A stretch of 64,000 nt of DNA, taken from the NCBI GenBank assembly GCA_963802945.1, contig CAWDKY010000017.1:320001-384000 (forward strand), in the 5' to 3' direction. The notes below the pieces were generated by a model. The model did no database searches. It was not told where the DNA came from and was given only the letters and a program-made list of their open reading frames with translations. Within the stretch, counting starts at the first letter, position 1; each line of letters starts with the position of its first letter. Shown piece by piece: positions 47,512-59,780 of the stretch. A program made the translations under genes and the position numbers. The stretch is from an uncultured delta proteobacterium (GTDB lineage: Bacteria; Desulfobacterota; RBG-13-43-22).

Positions 47512-49779
47512 ATGCCCAATCGGTGTTGGACCGTCGAGATTTTTATCTTTTCAGTCATGATCTTAGGACCGACCCTTTTTTCTCAGGCTGCCGAGAAAGG
47601 GTCGGCAAAGGAGGCAGGGACGGCCAAAGATGCCTACGATATTGAAGCACAGGACTTAACTTACAATCAAGATACTGAAATTTATACGGCCATCGGAGAG
47701 GTCATCATTAAAAAGAGCGGCAGGGTCTTAAAGTGTGATTACGCCCAAGTCGATCACAAAACCATGATTGCCCAGGCCCAGGGCCATGTTGAATTTACTG
47801 CCGACGGGGATGAGCTTCGCGGAGACGAATTGACGGTTGATTTGCAAAAACAAACCGGTGAAGTTAAAAAAAGGCGTCCTTTTTTTAAAGAAGAATAATT
47901 TCCATATTACCGGAGAACAAATATGGAAAACAGGGGAATCGACCTACCGGGTTCTTAACGGGACCATTACCTCCTGTGACGGTGAAAAGGTTCCTTGGGA
48001 AATAAAGGCTAAAGAAATTCTGGTGACCATAGAAGGCTATGGACAGCTCTGGCAATCTTCTTTACTGGTAAGGGATATCCCTGCTCTTTACGTCCCTTAT
48101 ATGATTTTTCCGGCCAAGACTAAGCGTCAGAGCGGCTTTTTGATGCCCGAACCTGGAATTTCAAGCCGTGATGGGGTCACTTTTAACCTCCCTTTCTTTT
48201 GGGCTATTTCGGATAATACCGACGCCACTTTCAATGAGTATTTCATGAGCCGCCGGGGGTTAGTGCAAGGTGCTGAATTCCGGTATGCTCTTTCTCCTTT
48301 TTCCAAAGGGACGTTAATGCTGGATTATCTCTTTAAAGATTATGGAAGCGAAGAACAATATAAAGAAGGCAATATCAGCCAGCCCTATACGGAACGTTAT
48401 TGGTTTCGTTCCAAGATCAATCAGAGGTTGCCCTGGGACATGGATTTGAAGATGGATTTGGACTTGGTTAGTGATATAGATTATCTGAATGAATTTCAGG
48501 GCACACCCAACGGCCTGAACCGTAACCGGCTAGCCTTCCTAAGCGATTTCGGCCGGGACCTGGGGGATCAAACCCAACTCAGCCGGACGAACACCGCCGC
48601 TTTAACCAAGAATTTCGGCTCTTATAGTTTTACCGGCGGATTCACCTATTATCAGCAATTGGCCAACATAACCACCGCCTTGGATCAACTCCCTTACGCC
48701 CGTTTTGACGGTATCAAACAAGTCCTGTGGAAAGATCTTTATTATCAGTGGGGTTCTTCCTATAACTATTATTGGGCCCAATCATCGGATACGCGGACAT
48801 GTGGTCGAATTGACCCCGACCCTGTATTATCCGACCAAATTAGGGAATTACCTTAAGCTGGAAGGCTCAATGGGCATGACCGAGGATTTGTACCAGGTCA
48901 CCAATAAACTCACTTCTTCTGCAGATTATTTTGGAAACCGTTCCGTACCCAGCTTCACGCTGGATATGTCCACCGACATTGAAAAGATCTTTCAACTTTC
49001 GGGAGAAGAGTTTCAAAAATTGAAACATGACATCCGACCCCAGATAGTCTATAATTATACTCCCCAAATAACGCAGGATACCCTTCCCAGTTTTATTTCC
49101 CCCATCAACCAGAACAATTCGGTCACTTATTATTTATACAATACATTTACGGGAAAGTCGTTGCTGGGGAAGGGGGGCCAAGGGGAGGATCTTTTTAGTT
49201 ATCCGGATTTGGTCCAGCTTAAATTGTATCAGACCTATAACATCACTCCAAGCACCACCACTTACCATACCAACGTTGGCGGCACCACCACCCCTACCAC
49301 TACTACTATCAACAATGCTGGCACTACCATCATTACCACGACTAACTCTGGTGGCACCACAACCACCACTACTACCCCCTCCTTTTCCGATGTTGCTGGT
49401 GAACTGGAATTAACTCCTCATCCTAATCTTAGCTTACGATCCAGTGTGGCTTGGTCTCCCTACACCGGGCAGATAGATTCCCAAAGTTATGACTTGATTT
49501 TGTTGGACAAAAAAGGGGAACCGTGCTTTCCTGGAATATCTGTCCACGTTGGGGGGCCAAACCCAGCAGATCAATGCCAACTTGACCTGGAAAATCAATT
49601 CTCTTTGGTCGGCCAATTTTCAGACCAACTATTCCCTGGATCAGAACATAAGTTATGGAACCTACGTTGGGTTGACTTACACGAAGCAATGTTGGGGGAT
49701 AAGACTCAGTTATTCGTACACTCTTACTGACACAAGTTTCATGATTTATTTTACCCTAAAAGGTCTGGGGGAATTTTAG
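47512..49779 (+). CDS. lptD: LPS-assembly protein LptD, about 3 apparent frameshifts
   Basis: OstA-like N-terminus, ITSCD..PW, KRQSGFLMP, PFFWAI, G.EFRY, terminal QCWG..F.LKGLGEF. Confidence 0.88.
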
Positions 49780-49897
49780 CCCGATTATAGAAGCCCGGTA
49801 TCCCTATTTGAAAAATAGAGGAGGGGGCGTTCTTACAGGACGTGCTTTTCAAATCAAAAATAAACGATTAAATGGGAAATAAATAGGAACCTATATA

Positions 49898-50671
49898 TTA
49901 ATTCTCTCCATTAAGCAGAAAGGAAAACCGGCTTTCCACCCAGGGATCAGGTTTCCCGTCGAAAACTTTTTCCACCAATTTTACCCATTGGTTCTTTCCG
50001 ATCAACAGCACACTCGAAGAGCGGGTTCCATAGGTAGGGCTTTTGATAAAAATCGACGATAAAAGCCTTTCCCATTCCAATTCGACACCGGTTGATGGCA
50101 GTTTATGGTCCGGTGCCTTTTTTCGATCGGATAAAATTTTAAAAAGCGCCGCTTCTAAATCGGGGCCTTTTTTATTCAGGGCCGCAGACAAGGCCCTCTT
50201 GCCTTTGATGACTTTTGGCCAGGGACTATTCAGAAGGTGATTGCTCAGGCCATAAATTCCAGGATCGAGCTTTTCTATTTTCCCGCGGTTGGAATAAACG
50301 AAAAGTTTATTATGGTCTCCACATATCAAATTAAAGCCGTTATATTTCTGTGCCTGTCGAGAAATTTTGTCTATATAGGAAGCGGCGCTTTCAGAACCGG
50401 TGAGGAAATTACTGACCAATTTGCCTCGTGATGGAGCATTTGTTTTTAAAACACTCGGATCACGGAAATTGGTTATGGCCGCAAATTTCCCTTCCCGGGT
50501 AATCCCCATCCAGGTGCCTCCTTCTTTTAAATCGCGACCGGCAAGCACTTGTGGAGCATCCTCCCAGAAGGCGACCGGAGATGACGGCCTCTTATAATAT
50601 TCATCACGATTGGCCGCTGCAATGAATCGGTAGGAAGGATGTACCTGGTAAGCAAAAACGATAAAACACAT
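49898..50671 (-). CDS. NRDE-family (TANGO2-like) protein
   Basis: MCFIVF..AANRDEYY.RP, GRD..GGTW, SRGKLV, LSNH, YGTRSS. Confidence 0.92.
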   Translation of the reverse strand: MCFIVFAYQVHPSYRFIAAANRDEYYKRPSSPVAFWEDAPQVLAGRDLKEGGTWMGITREGKFAAITNFRDPSVLKTNAPSRGKLVSNFLTGSESAASYIDKISRQAQKYNGFNLICGDHNKLFVYSNRGKIEKLDPGIYGLSNHLLNSPWPKVIKGKRALSAALNKKGPDLEAALFKILSDRKKAPDHKLPSTGVELEWERLLSSIFIKSPTYGTRSSSVLLIGKNQWVKLVEKVFDGKPDPWVESRFSFLLNGEN

Positions 50672-50929
50672 CTAATTTCCTCATCTCTCCTTCGGATATT
50701 TTCCTTAACGTTGCATAAAAACAGGGCAAGGGTCAATAGTAATCAATAACCAACCCGAGATTAGAGAAAAATTGAAGTCGTTCAGGAATGGGCTAAAAAA
50801 GGTTTCCCCAATTGCCACAGGTTGCTTGGTCGTGGTAGAGCGCAGGGCTAAAACCGCGGACCGACGATTTCCTGCGCGAAGTTCCTCTATTAGAATTCAA
50901 CTAATTCAACGACGTCTCCAAAATCCCTA

Positions 50930-52333
50930 TTAGTAGTGCTCGACGAGCATTTTTTTCGGTCCTGGAGAGACATACCTTCCATCCGGCATAAGAAAAATAA
51001 GGGGGATCGAAAATAAAAGCCCCAAACCAAAAGCTATAAAGGTGACCCTAAAGCCTTTGGTAGGAGTGGAACTCACATGGAGAATAATAGTGATTATTGA
51101 TATTCCCAAGGCTCCTCCAACGGATCGGAACATGCCTCGAAGCCCGGTAATAGTCGATACCTTTTCAGGCATTAATTCAATGCAGGCATTATTGGAAGCC
51201 GGGAGGGCCAGGCCCATGCCTATTCCGGTAACCATGATCAGAATAGCCAGGATTCCGGCAATGCCCAGATGAATCCCCATGATCCGCATTAATTGAACTC
51301 CTGGTCCACCCAACAGGATCGTGGAAAGGGAGATAATGATCAACCCTTCCAACATGGGCCATCGGTAACCCCATCGTTTGAGCAGAAAGCTGGTGATGAT
51401 TGAGACGGGAATGACCGAAAGAGAGCGAGGGGTCAAGATCATCCCGCTGACCAAAGTGGATAATTTATACACCGAGGTGGCGTAGAGGGGAATAACGGCA
51501 AAAACTCCCATGACCCCGGCCCCGATAAGTAAGTTATAGAGGTTTGCGGCCAGAAAAGGCTTTGATTGTAACAAATCCATATCAAGGATCGGGTTGGACT
51601 CCTTCTTTTCTTGACGAAAAAACAAGTAAAGAAAAAAACAAAAACAGGTTAATAAAACAACTGCCAAGAGAAAGGAAGCTATAGAGAAGTTCTGGGCAAT
51701 TCGATTCAAACTAAGCATGAGGGATAGGATCGCCCCAAAAAAAAGGGAAGCTCCCCTAAAGTCTATATGGGGACGAGAAGGACTTTTGGATTTTTCGAGC
51801 AAAACGGCGATCATCGCTATGAGAACAATACCAATGGGTAAATTGATATAAAAAATATACCTCCAGGAGTATCGACTCACCACCCATCCGCCTAAATTCG
51901 GGCCTATAATACCTCCGATGGGAAAAATGCTGGTAAAAAACCCGATGACCCTTTCCCGATTTTCTGGAAATTGATCACTGACAATGCCTGCCGCCGTCGG
52001 AAGAAAACTCGCCCCCCCGATTCCTTGAAGGAACCTGAAGGCCACCAAGGTGTGAATGTTGGAGGTGAGGCCGCAGGCCAGAGAACTGGCTGTAAAAAGG
52101 ATCAGGGAAGAAAGAAAAATCTTTTTTCGACCAAGGCTGTCGCTCAGGTTGCCCATCAAGGGCATGGCACTGGTAACGGCAATCAAATAGATTGAAATCG
52201 TCCAGCCCGCCCAGAGGACGTTCGTGCCCAGGTCTCTGATAAAGTGAGGAAAGGCCACTGCAACCACCGTACTGTCGATGGAATACATGAGGAGACTTAA
52301 ACCGGCTGAGACAAAAATAAGATAACGACGCAT
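50930..52333 (-). CDS. DHA2-family MFS transporter
   Basis: IDSTVVAVA.P, G.LSD.LGRK, FRFLQGIG, GPNLGG, WRYIFYINLP. Confidence 0.9.
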   Translation of the reverse strand: MRRYLIFVSAGLSLLMYSIDSTVVAVAFPHFIRDLGTNVLWAGWTISIYLIAVTSAMPLMGNLSDSLGRKKIFLSSLILFTASSLACGLTSNIHTLVAFRFLQGIGGASFLPTAAGIVSDQFPENRERVIGFFTSIFPIGGIIGPNLGGWVVSRYSWRYIFYINLPIGIVLIAMIAVLLEKSKSPSRPHIDFRGASLFFGAILSLMLSLNRIAQNFSIASFLLAVVLLTCFCFFLYLFFRQEKKESNPILDMDLLQSKPFLAANLYNLLIGAGVMGVFAVIPLYATSVYKLSTLVSGMILTPRSLSVIPVSIITSFLLKRWGYRWPMLEGLIIISLSTILLGGPGVQLMRIMGIHLGIAGILAILIMVTGIGMGLALPASNNACIELMPEKVSTITGLRGMFRSVGGALGISIITIILHVSSTPTKGFRVTFIAFGLGLLFSIPLIFLMPDGRYVSPGPKKMLVEHY

Positions 52334-52729
52334 ATAAAAAAGATTCCTTACAGTTAACTTGATTGAGAAATCATTGCGATGATATTAAAAGATTTGTTGA
52401 AAAATTGAAATAAAAATAGAGCCGAAAAAAATTCTATAATTTTTCAATTTTTCACGTGCAAAATAGGGGAGCGGAAAAAGATGATCATCGACATCAACAG
52501 TGAATTATTCTCGGTGAACTTGTTGAATCTGAGGCGGATGACAAGGTCTTTTATTGAAGGTCTATTTGTGGGGCAACTTAGTCAGATGCACCCGAGGCAA
52601 CAAAGAGTTTGGACTTTTGTGTACATTTAAAATGCGACCCCAAGACCATGATTATCAAATAACTTATTGAATTCAACAAAAAAGAGGTTAGGAAAACTTA
52701 AGACGCTTTATCCCTCTTTTCCCTTATTT

Positions 52730-53248
52730 CTAACGATTTTCTTCCGCCAGATTAAAATGTTTTTTAAGCGGATGGTTAGGTTTGACAAGCCTTAATTGTT
52801 CCTTCATGATGATTTCTAGTTTACCAAATTTTTCACGACTTTCACCTAATAATTTATAGGCTTTTTCCCCATATTCACGTTGTTCTTTTTTACCTTCAAA
52901 TTCATTATATAGTTTGTGGTATACGGCCATATCCCAGACGGTTTTAAAATAATCATTTACTTGTTCGTAAATTGTGTTGCTATAATAAAACTCGGATAGT
53001 TGAACATATTCATAATAATTGGCAAATAGATCTCCTTCTATAATATCGACACCACGCCTAACCACATCTCCTTTAAGTTCTAAGATAGCCTTAAAAATTT
53101 TTAGCCTTTCATTATGTATGGCGATTTCGTTTTGACGCTTGGCTTCTTTTACAGTGAGTTTTGCGAATGCTGCGCTTAGGATAGAAGCGAGCATGGCCAC
53201 AAATGTTATAAAAGCCATGAGTTTCACATAATCGAGTTCATATTGCAT
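52730..53248 (-). CDS. Hypothetical protein with N-terminal TM helix (AT-rich islet)
   Basis: 172-aa ORF, RBS AAGGGAG. Confidence 0.65.
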   Translation of the reverse strand: MQYELDYVKLMAFITFVAMLASILSAAFAKLTVKEAKRQNEIAIHNERLKIFKAILELKGDVVRRGVDIIEGDLFANYYEYVQLSEFYYSNTIYEQVNDYFKTVWDMAVYHKLYNEFEGKKEQREYGEKAYKLLGESREKFGKLEIIMKEQLRLVKPNHPLKKHFNLAEENR

Positions 53249-53377
53249 TTATACATTTCTCCCTTCTGTCCTACTTATAAGGAAATTTGACTAAATTCTA
53301 TATTATGCTAAAATAAAAATATACAGAATTATTTTATGCACAACTGAATATGATTTCTGACAATAGGGGGATTCTTA

Positions 53378-53623
53378 ATGAAACAGGATTCAATTATTGA
53401 AGAAAATCCAGCAAAGGAATACGCAAGAAAGATGAATATTCTTGATTCTCAAATAGCAGAATTGGAGTTAGATATTAAAGAAGCTAAAGAAATGTTAGAG
53501 GAAGAACATTCGGATGAAGAAGCTGAACTTATCGAAGAAAGAATTGATGAGTTGCATGATGAAATATATAAATTAGAAAAAAAGAAAAGAAGTCTTAAAG
53601 ATTTGGGAATCCCTGAAAAGTAA
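53378..53623 (+). CDS. Small acidic coiled-coil hypothetical protein
   Basis: 81-aa Glu-rich ORF, RBS AGGGGG. Confidence 0.6.
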   Translation: MKQDSIIEENPAKEYARKMNILDSQIAELELDIKEAKEMLEEEHSDEEAELIEERIDELHDEIYKLEKKKRSLKDLGIPEK

Positions 53624-53922
53624 TTTTTATCTATACCCCCTGCCTAAAAAACAATTCATTTAAATCCGGTCATAAAATTTATTTTTGGCAATTGGCATTA
53701 TTGTAATTGGCACAAACGAAGGCATTGTTAATCATAAGTTATACAAGATGCGAATCCCTGTCCTATCAAAAAATATGATTTTTTTTGTTAGTAAAATTTT
53801 GGTGAATTTTTATTATACCATACTCTAAATTTTTCAATATCTTAGATGAAAAACTTTCACCAAATCTCCGCCGACAAAAAAACAAAAGGCAATTATCAAA
53901 TCGGTAAGTGCCTATTTTCTTT

Positions 53923-54010
53923 TGGTGCCTGGGACCGGAATCGAACCGGTACAGCCCTAAGGACCGAGGGATTTTAAGTCCCTTGCGTCTACCAATTCCG
54001 CCACCCAGGC
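53923..54010 (-). tRNA. tRNA-Leu(TAA)
   Basis: GCCTGGGTGGCGGAATTGGTAGACGC-AAGGGAC-TTAAAA-TCCCT..long variable arm..GGTTCGATTCC..CCCAGGCACCA. Confidence 0.96.
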
Positions 54011-54050
54011 ACCTGCCCTTCTTTTTAATGGTTTTCAGAGAATTGTCAAG

Positions 54051-55661
54051 CTAATTTTGGCTTTTCAAAAACCGCTTTTTTGCACTGGATAAAACGTCGT
54101 TAATCTCCTGAATACCCATCCAACGAATCAGGATAAAATAAACCAGAACGGCTGCCAGGATCACCAAGGCCAAGATTATTATTTGATTAAGGAAGCCTTT
54201 GGGGTTCATGATCAAACCTAGGCCCTGGTAAAGGTAAAAGGCCAACAGCCCCATAATCAGAGAAGCCAGAACGATCTTGAGGAAGGATCCCAGGAGGGCT
54301 TTTAAATCATACCCCCCCACCTTTCGAAAGAGCACGGCACTTAAAAAAACAAAATTAAAAATCATGGTAATTGACATGGAAAAGGCAATGGCCTTATGCT
54401 GGAAGATATCCAGGGTCAGAGAAACAAAGATCACATTGCAGACTACCGTTAAAAAGCTGGCTATGACCGGAAACTTGGTGTCTTTGAGGGCGTAAAAGAC
54501 CGGTACGGTGATCTTGACAGAAGAGTAGGCAAACAGGCCGACGGCATAATAAATCAGGGCTTCGGCGGTATGGATGGTGTCCTGGGCATTGAAACGGCCG
54601 TGTTCAAAGATAAGGCGGATAATCGGTTTGGCCAGAAAGGCCAGGCCGAAGGAGGCCGGGATGGTCAGGAGAAAAGCCATGGTCAGCGAAGAAATATAAG
54701 TGGATTTCAAGCCCCCGATGTCTCCCTGAGAGGCCTGACGGGAAATAACCGGTAGGGCAGCGATGGAAATGGCCACCCCAAACATACCGATAGGGAACTG
54801 CATCAACCTGAAGGCATAATTGAGCCAGGAAACGCTCCCCTGGGCACAGCGGGCGGCAAAGTTGGTGTTGATAAAGATATTGATCTGGGTGGCGGAGAGG
54901 CCGATGACCGCCGGGATCATCAGGATCATGATCCGGCGCAACCCTTCGTCTTTGAGATTTGATATGCGGCCGCCATAAAAACCCCGATCTTTTTAAAGAG
55001 GGTAATCTGGATGGCCAATTGAAGAAAACCTCCGATCAAGGTCCCAACCGCCATGCCCACAATCGGTGGCTGGCCAAAAGCCGGGGCCCACCAGGCACAG
55101 AGCACTCCCCCGACTATAGACCCCAAATTAAAGAAGGTAGAGGCCATGGCCGGCATGAAAAAACGGCCCTTGGTGTTCAAAATCCCCATGACCACCGCGG
55201 CCACGGAAATCAGGATCAGGAAGGGGAACATGATATTGGTCAGAAGCTGGGTAAGGGCGATCTTGCCTTGAATCCGGCCGAAGTCCGGGGCCATGACCCG
55301 GACGATCTCTTCGGAGAAGATCATGCCCAGGAGGGTGATCAGGGAGAGGAGCAGGGTCAAAGTGAGAAGAACGTTGTTGGCCAGACGCCAGGTGGCCTCC
55401 GGCCCTTTTTTCTGATCATAATCCGTGAAAACCGTTACAAAGGCGGTGGATAAGGCCCCTTCGGCAAACAGATCGCGAAGCAGATTGGGGATACGGAAGC
55501 CCACAACAAAGGCGTCCATATAATAACCGGCCCCGAACAAGACGGCCATGACCTGTTCCCGGATCAGTCCCAGAGATGCGGCTGAAGAAGACGGCAATCC
55601 CAACCGATCCGGCTGATTTGGCTACCTGGGTTGTGGTTTGCGGATTGGAATTGTTTTCCAT
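54051..55661 (-). CDS. murJ: Lipid II flippase MurJ, two apparent frameshifts (~55575, ~54960)
   Basis: SRI/LGLIRE, DAFVVGFRIPNLLRDLFAEGALS, NYAFRLMQFPIG, LIFEHGRF, VFYALKDTK. Confidence 0.92.
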
Positions 55662-55662
55662 A

Positions 55663-56178
55663 TTAAAGGCCCTGGAAAAATTGGTGGGTTTTTTCTCTCA
55701 GAAGCTCGGAGAGATTAATCGTGTCCTGATATGAGAAGGGCAGGGGGATCTTTCCCAAAAAGGAGTCCAGAACGACCGTGCCCTTGAGGACATAAACCAA
55801 GTCCCGGGCGAAGACCCCTTTTCGGGCCACAGCGAAAAGGTCGTCAAAGAGGACCGTGGCCGGAACGGCCATCGTGACGGTTCCCAAGGCCGGAATCTGA
55901 AAAGGCTGCCGCGAGTTTCCGGTTGTAAGGCGCTGCCCTTCCACATCCAATTGATAATCATAACCTGAAAACCTAGCGGCCAGGTCATTCGGATTTTTGA
56001 TTTCTAGGGTCCCTTCCAGGTCGACGGCCGATTGATCCAGACCGAGGATTCGAACTTGTTTCAGCTCGATATCGGGATTCTTAAAAGCATATCCGGAAGA
56101 AGAGGCCCAAAGGACCTCAACGATGAAGGATAAAATAATGAGAATATGGATTTTCTTCAAGGGGAACCTTGGATTCAT
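55663..56178 (-). CDS. LEA type 2 (WHy domain) protein
   Basis: LEIKNPN..YDYQL.VEG. Confidence 0.8.
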   Translation of the reverse strand: MNPRFPLKKIHILIILSFIVEVLWASSSGYAFKNPDIELKQVRILGLDQSAVDLEGTLEIKNPNDLAARFSGYDYQLDVEGQRLTTGNSRQPFQIPALGTVTMAVPATVLFDDLFAVARKGVFARDLVYVLKGTVVLDSFLGKIPLPFSYQDTINLSELLREKTHQFFQGL

Positions 56179-56200
56179 CGAGATTTATTGTTGATTGGGA

Positions 56201-56278
<78 letters not shown>

Positions 56279-56402
56279 ACACTGATTATTTAACATAAAC
56301 CCGGTCTAAAGACAAGGGGAAGGTGCCGGAATGCAAGATACTTGATACTGGATACTCGATAGCAACTCGTCAATTGTTTTTATCCGGTATCTAGCGTCGG
56401 CC

Positions 56403-57005
56403 TCAGTCCTCACCCTTCAAAAAAGATAAAATATGCGGCCGCATCTTCTCCAGGGCCTTGGCCCGGTGGCTGATTCGACTCTTGGTCTCCAAGGGAAGTT
56501 GGGCCACGGTTTTTTGAAGCTCCGGCAAATAAAAGATAGGGTCATAACCAAAACCATGATCGCCTGTAGGGGCCGGGGCGATAAGGCCTTCCCAAAACCC
56601 TTCGGTCTGAAACCAGCGGCCGGAAGGGTCATAAAAAACCAACACACAAACAAAACGGGCCGTCCGTTTTTCTTCCGGGACCCCATGGAGCAAGGTCAGG
56701 AGTTTTTCGTTGTTCTCCGGATCAGCGGCCCGGGGACCGGCAAACCGGGCGGAATATATCCCTGGCGCCCCTTTCAAGTAATCGACGGTCAATCCCGAAT
56801 CGTCGGCCAGCACCGGTAAATTCAGGCTGTTGGAGACCGTACGGGCCTTTTTGAGGGCGTTTTCCTGAAAGGAAGAACCGTCTTCAATAATTTCCGGGAG
56901 GTCCGGGAAATCGTTTAATGATTTGTAGGTCAGGGAAGGGATATTCAGAGAGGTCCCTATTTCTCTGAGTTTCCCATTATTGCGGGTGGCCAGGACCAGG
57001 ATCAT
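56403..57005 (-). CDS. rdgB: XTP/dITP diphosphatase (Ham1 family)
   Basis: [34 protein letters not shown]. Confidence 0.95.
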   Translation of the reverse strand: MILVLATRNNGKLREIGTSLNIPSLTYKSLNDFPDLPEIIEDGSSFQENALKKARTVSNSLNLPVLADDSGLTVDYLKGAPGIYSARFAGPRAADPENNEKLLTLLHGVPEEKRTARFVCVLVFYDPSGRWFQTEGFWEGLIAPAPTGDHGFGYDPIFYLPELQKTVAQLPLETKSRISHRAKALEKMRPHILSFLKGED

Positions 57006-57718
57006 GGATTGAGCACTTGATGTTGAATCGCGGTCAGTTTATCGATCCCCTGGGCGGCCATGGCCATCATCTTTTCAAAGGACTCTTTGGAAAAAGGCTG
57101 TCCTTCGGCCGTTCCCTGGATCTCAATGAAGCGGCCGCGGCCGGTCATCACAAAATTACAGTCCACTTCCGCCTTGGAATCCTCTTCATAATTCAGATCC
57201 AAAAAGGTTTGACCGTCAACCACCCCGATACTGATCGCTGCCACGGAATCGATAATGGGATCCCGGGGAATGGAGACTTCTTTTCGAAGGTACTCGACCG
57301 CATCAACCAGGGCCACGTAGGCCCCGGTAATAGAGGCTGTCCGCGTTCCGCCGTCGGCCTGAATCACATCACAGTCGATCCAGAAGGTCCGCTCTCCGAT
57401 TAAACTCAAGTCCATTACGGCCCGCAAAGAACGACCGATCAGACGTTGAATTTCATGGGTTCGGCCTCCAACCCGGCCTTGGGTGGATTCCCGGGTGGAC
57501 CGGGTTTTGGTGGATCTGGGAAGCATAGCGTATTCGGCCGTGATCCAGCCCCGGCCTTGATTTCTCAAGAATAGGGGGACCTTGTCCTCCAGGGTGGCTG
57601 TGCAGATCACCTTGGTTTCTCCTAGTTGAATCAGGACCGAACCCTCGGCGTGTTTGATGTAATTCCGGATGATGCGGACCGGACGTAATTCGTCGGGTTT
57701 TCGACCATTCATGCGCAT
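57002..57718 (-). CDS. rph: Ribonuclease PH
   Basis: [35 protein letters not shown]. Confidence 0.97.
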   Translation of the reverse strand: MRMNGRKPDELRPVRIIRNYIKHAEGSVLIQLGETKVICTATLEDKVPLFLRNQGRGWITAEYAMLPRSTKTRSTRESTQGRVGGRTHEIQRLIGRSLRAVMDLSLIGERTFWIDCDVIQADGGTRTASITGAYVALVDAVEYLRKEVSIPRDPIIDSVAAISIGVVDGQTFLDLNYEEDSKAEVDCNFVMTGRGRFIEIQGTAEGQPFSKESFEKMMAMAAQGIDKLTAIQHQVLNP

Positions 57719-57922
57719 TGCCCAATCTCCTTATTGTGAAGATGAAAAAACTAATCATGCCCTTACCGGCCTGTCAAGTTTTTTTTAAAAAGCCCCTTGA
57801 CATTTTCCAACTCCTTACAGCAAACTGTAATGTATTGGTCAAAAGAGTTCGAGGATTCAATCCCGTCTTTGGCGGGGCTTGAATCCTTGGATCAAAGAAA
57901 TCATCAGAATCAAGGAGAAGGC

Positions 57923-58726
57923 ATGACCGATACCTTCAATTCTTTTTCGGCCTTCGACCGGCCGGAAATCAATTCTTTGATCTTCTATCCCCGTCCGGAT
58001 ACCGGTATTTCTGCTCCGGCTGGGGCGGAAGACCACCTTTTCCCGGTGGAGCCGGAAATCCGGATCGGCGCCAGGTTTTATCTATCCGATCCCAACGGTC
58101 CCCATCTCTTGTTTTTTCACGGCAATGGTGAAATCGCCTCTGACTACGATGATGCCGGCTTCTTTTATCAGCAATTGGGGTTAAATTTATTGGCCATGGA
58201 TTACCGGGGATACGGGAAAAGCCAGGGAACTCCCTCGGTGGGCACCATTTTGACCGATGCCCTGACCTTATTCGATCTGGTGTATAATCAGGTCCGGGAA
58301 AAGGGACGCAACGGCCCATTTTTAGTCATGGGGCGGTCTTTGGGGAGCGCCCCGGCCATTGATATTGTTTCAAAGCGAATGGAGAAGATAGACGGGTTGA
58401 TTATCGAAAGCGGCTTTGCCTACTCTCTTCCTCTGCTCGAATTGGTTGGGATACCGGTTGAACGGTTGGGACTTCATGAAGAGGATGGTTTTAGAAACTA
58501 CCAAAAAATTTCCCAGATCACCAAACCGACCTTTATTATTCATGCTCAGTTTGATGACATAATTCCCCTGAATGAATCCGATGTCTTGTTGAAAAATTCA
58601 GGGGCCGATCGGAAAGAAAGGATTGTCATCCCCGGGGCGGGCCACAATGATATTGTATTCATCTGCGGCCAGGTCTATTTTGAAATCATCGCCCGTTTTG
58701 CCAAAAGCCTGAAGGCATCGGCTTAA
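57923..58726 (+). CDS. Alpha/beta hydrolase (ABHD13/17-like)
   Basis: FFHGNGE, DYRGYG, GRSLG, GAGHND. Confidence 0.9.
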   Translation: MTDTFNSFSAFDRPEINSLIFYPRPDTGISAPAGAEDHLFPVEPEIRIGARFYLSDPNGPHLLFFHGNGEIASDYDDAGFFYQQLGLNLLAMDYRGYGKSQGTPSVGTILTDALTLFDLVYNQVREKGRNGPFLVMGRSLGSAPAIDIVSKRMEKIDGLIIESGFAYSLPLLELVGIPVERLGLHEEDGFRNYQKISQITKPTFIIHAQFDDIIPLNESDVLLKNSGADRKERIVIPGAGHNDIVFICGQVYFEIIARFAKSLKASA

Positions 58727-58745
58727 TCAACGTTCTGAGAAGAAT

Positions 58746-58793
58746 AAAAAAAAGCTGTGGACTAGGTTGAACCAAAATCCACAGCCTTTTTTT
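58746..58793. terminator. Bidirectional terminator between convergent genes
   Basis: A8-GCTGTGGA...TCCACAGC-C-T7. Confidence 0.75.
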
Positions 58794-58804
58794 AAGAAAA
58801 TAAC

Positions 58805-59008
58805 TTACTCGGCTTTGATCACGTTGGCGGCTTGGAGTCCTTTAGGACCCTGGGTTACCTCAAATTCGACTCTTTCTCCCTCCTGTAAGGTGCGAAATCC
58901 ATCGCCTTTAATAGCTGAAAAATGAACAAACACGTCACTCCCATCATCCTGGGAAATAAACCCGTATCCTTTGCGGTCGCTGAACCATTTGACCTGGCCT
59001 TTGGCCAT
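58805..59008 (-). CDS. Cold-shock protein
   Basis: [26 protein letters not shown]. Confidence 0.96.
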   Translation of the reverse strand: MAKGQVKWFSDRKGYGFISQDDGSDVFVHFSAIKGDGFRTLQEGERVEFEVTQGPKGLQAANVIKAE

Positions 59009-59190
59009 TACAACTCACCTCCCCTCCACCGTATTATTTAAGTTGTAACAGCTTCCGGCCGGAAAGAACCAGAACAACAAAAAGCCCCCCTGGTTAATGC
59101 CATTTTCCACGCACCACAAACTCTGTACAACTAATGTATAATGATAAAACGGTCTTATTTGCAAAGTCAAGGAAAAATAATACAATTAAA

Positions 59191-59769
59191 TTAAGGGGTA
59201 GAAACTTTGTCCATCAACACCGAATAATAATGATAAAAATATAAAAGACCAGACCATAAAGTCAGAATCAAAGCGATCCAGAGCAGGATTAAACCCCAGA
59301 AGCTAAAATCGACCGGCCCATAACGGTAATGAATCATCAGGGGAATTACGGCCAAGGCCTGAAAAAAAGTTTTGTATTTTCCCCAGCGGGAAGCAGCCAG
59401 GATGTGGCCTTTGGCAGCCAGCATGGATCGAAGCCAGGTTACGGCAATTTCTCTTCCGATAAGCAAAATGACCATCCAAGCGGCAACCCAATCCAAATCA
59501 AGGAGTACGATCAACGAACTACCGATAAGAAGCTTGTCGGCCAAGGGGTCAAAAATTTTTCCGAATTTGGTGATTAAATTTTTTTTTCGGGCGATGAAAC
59601 CGTCCAACCAATCCGTAAAAAAAGCTATGGAAAAGATCAGAGCCGATAACAGACATGAATTCGCTTTTCCCGACTCCAGGGGGATCAAGATAAAGGGTAT
59701 GGAAATGATCCTTAATAAAGTCAGATAATTAGGTATATTATGAATCGAAGTTTTGGCCTGAGTCATCAA
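59191..59769 (-). CDS. pgsA: CDP-diacylglycerol--glycerol-3-phosphate 3-phosphatidyltransferase
   Basis: NIPNYLTLLR, TDWLDGFIAR..T.FG.IFDPLADK. Confidence 0.93.
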   Translation of the reverse strand: MMTQAKTSIHNIPNYLTLLRIISIPFILIPLESGKANSCLLSALIFSIAFFTDWLDGFIARKKNLITKFGKIFDPLADKLLIGSSLIVLLDLDWVAAWMVILLIGREIAVTWLRSMLAAKGHILAASRWGKYKTFFQALAVIPLMIHYRYGPVDFSFWGLILLWIALILTLWSGLLYFYHYYSVLMDKVSTP

Positions 59770-59780
59770 GGGCTCTTGTT

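Noticed and set aside
50835-50880. GCGCAGG...CCTGCGC hairpin as a riboswitch
   Set aside because: No c-di-GMP or other aptamer consensus recognised; a single hairpin only
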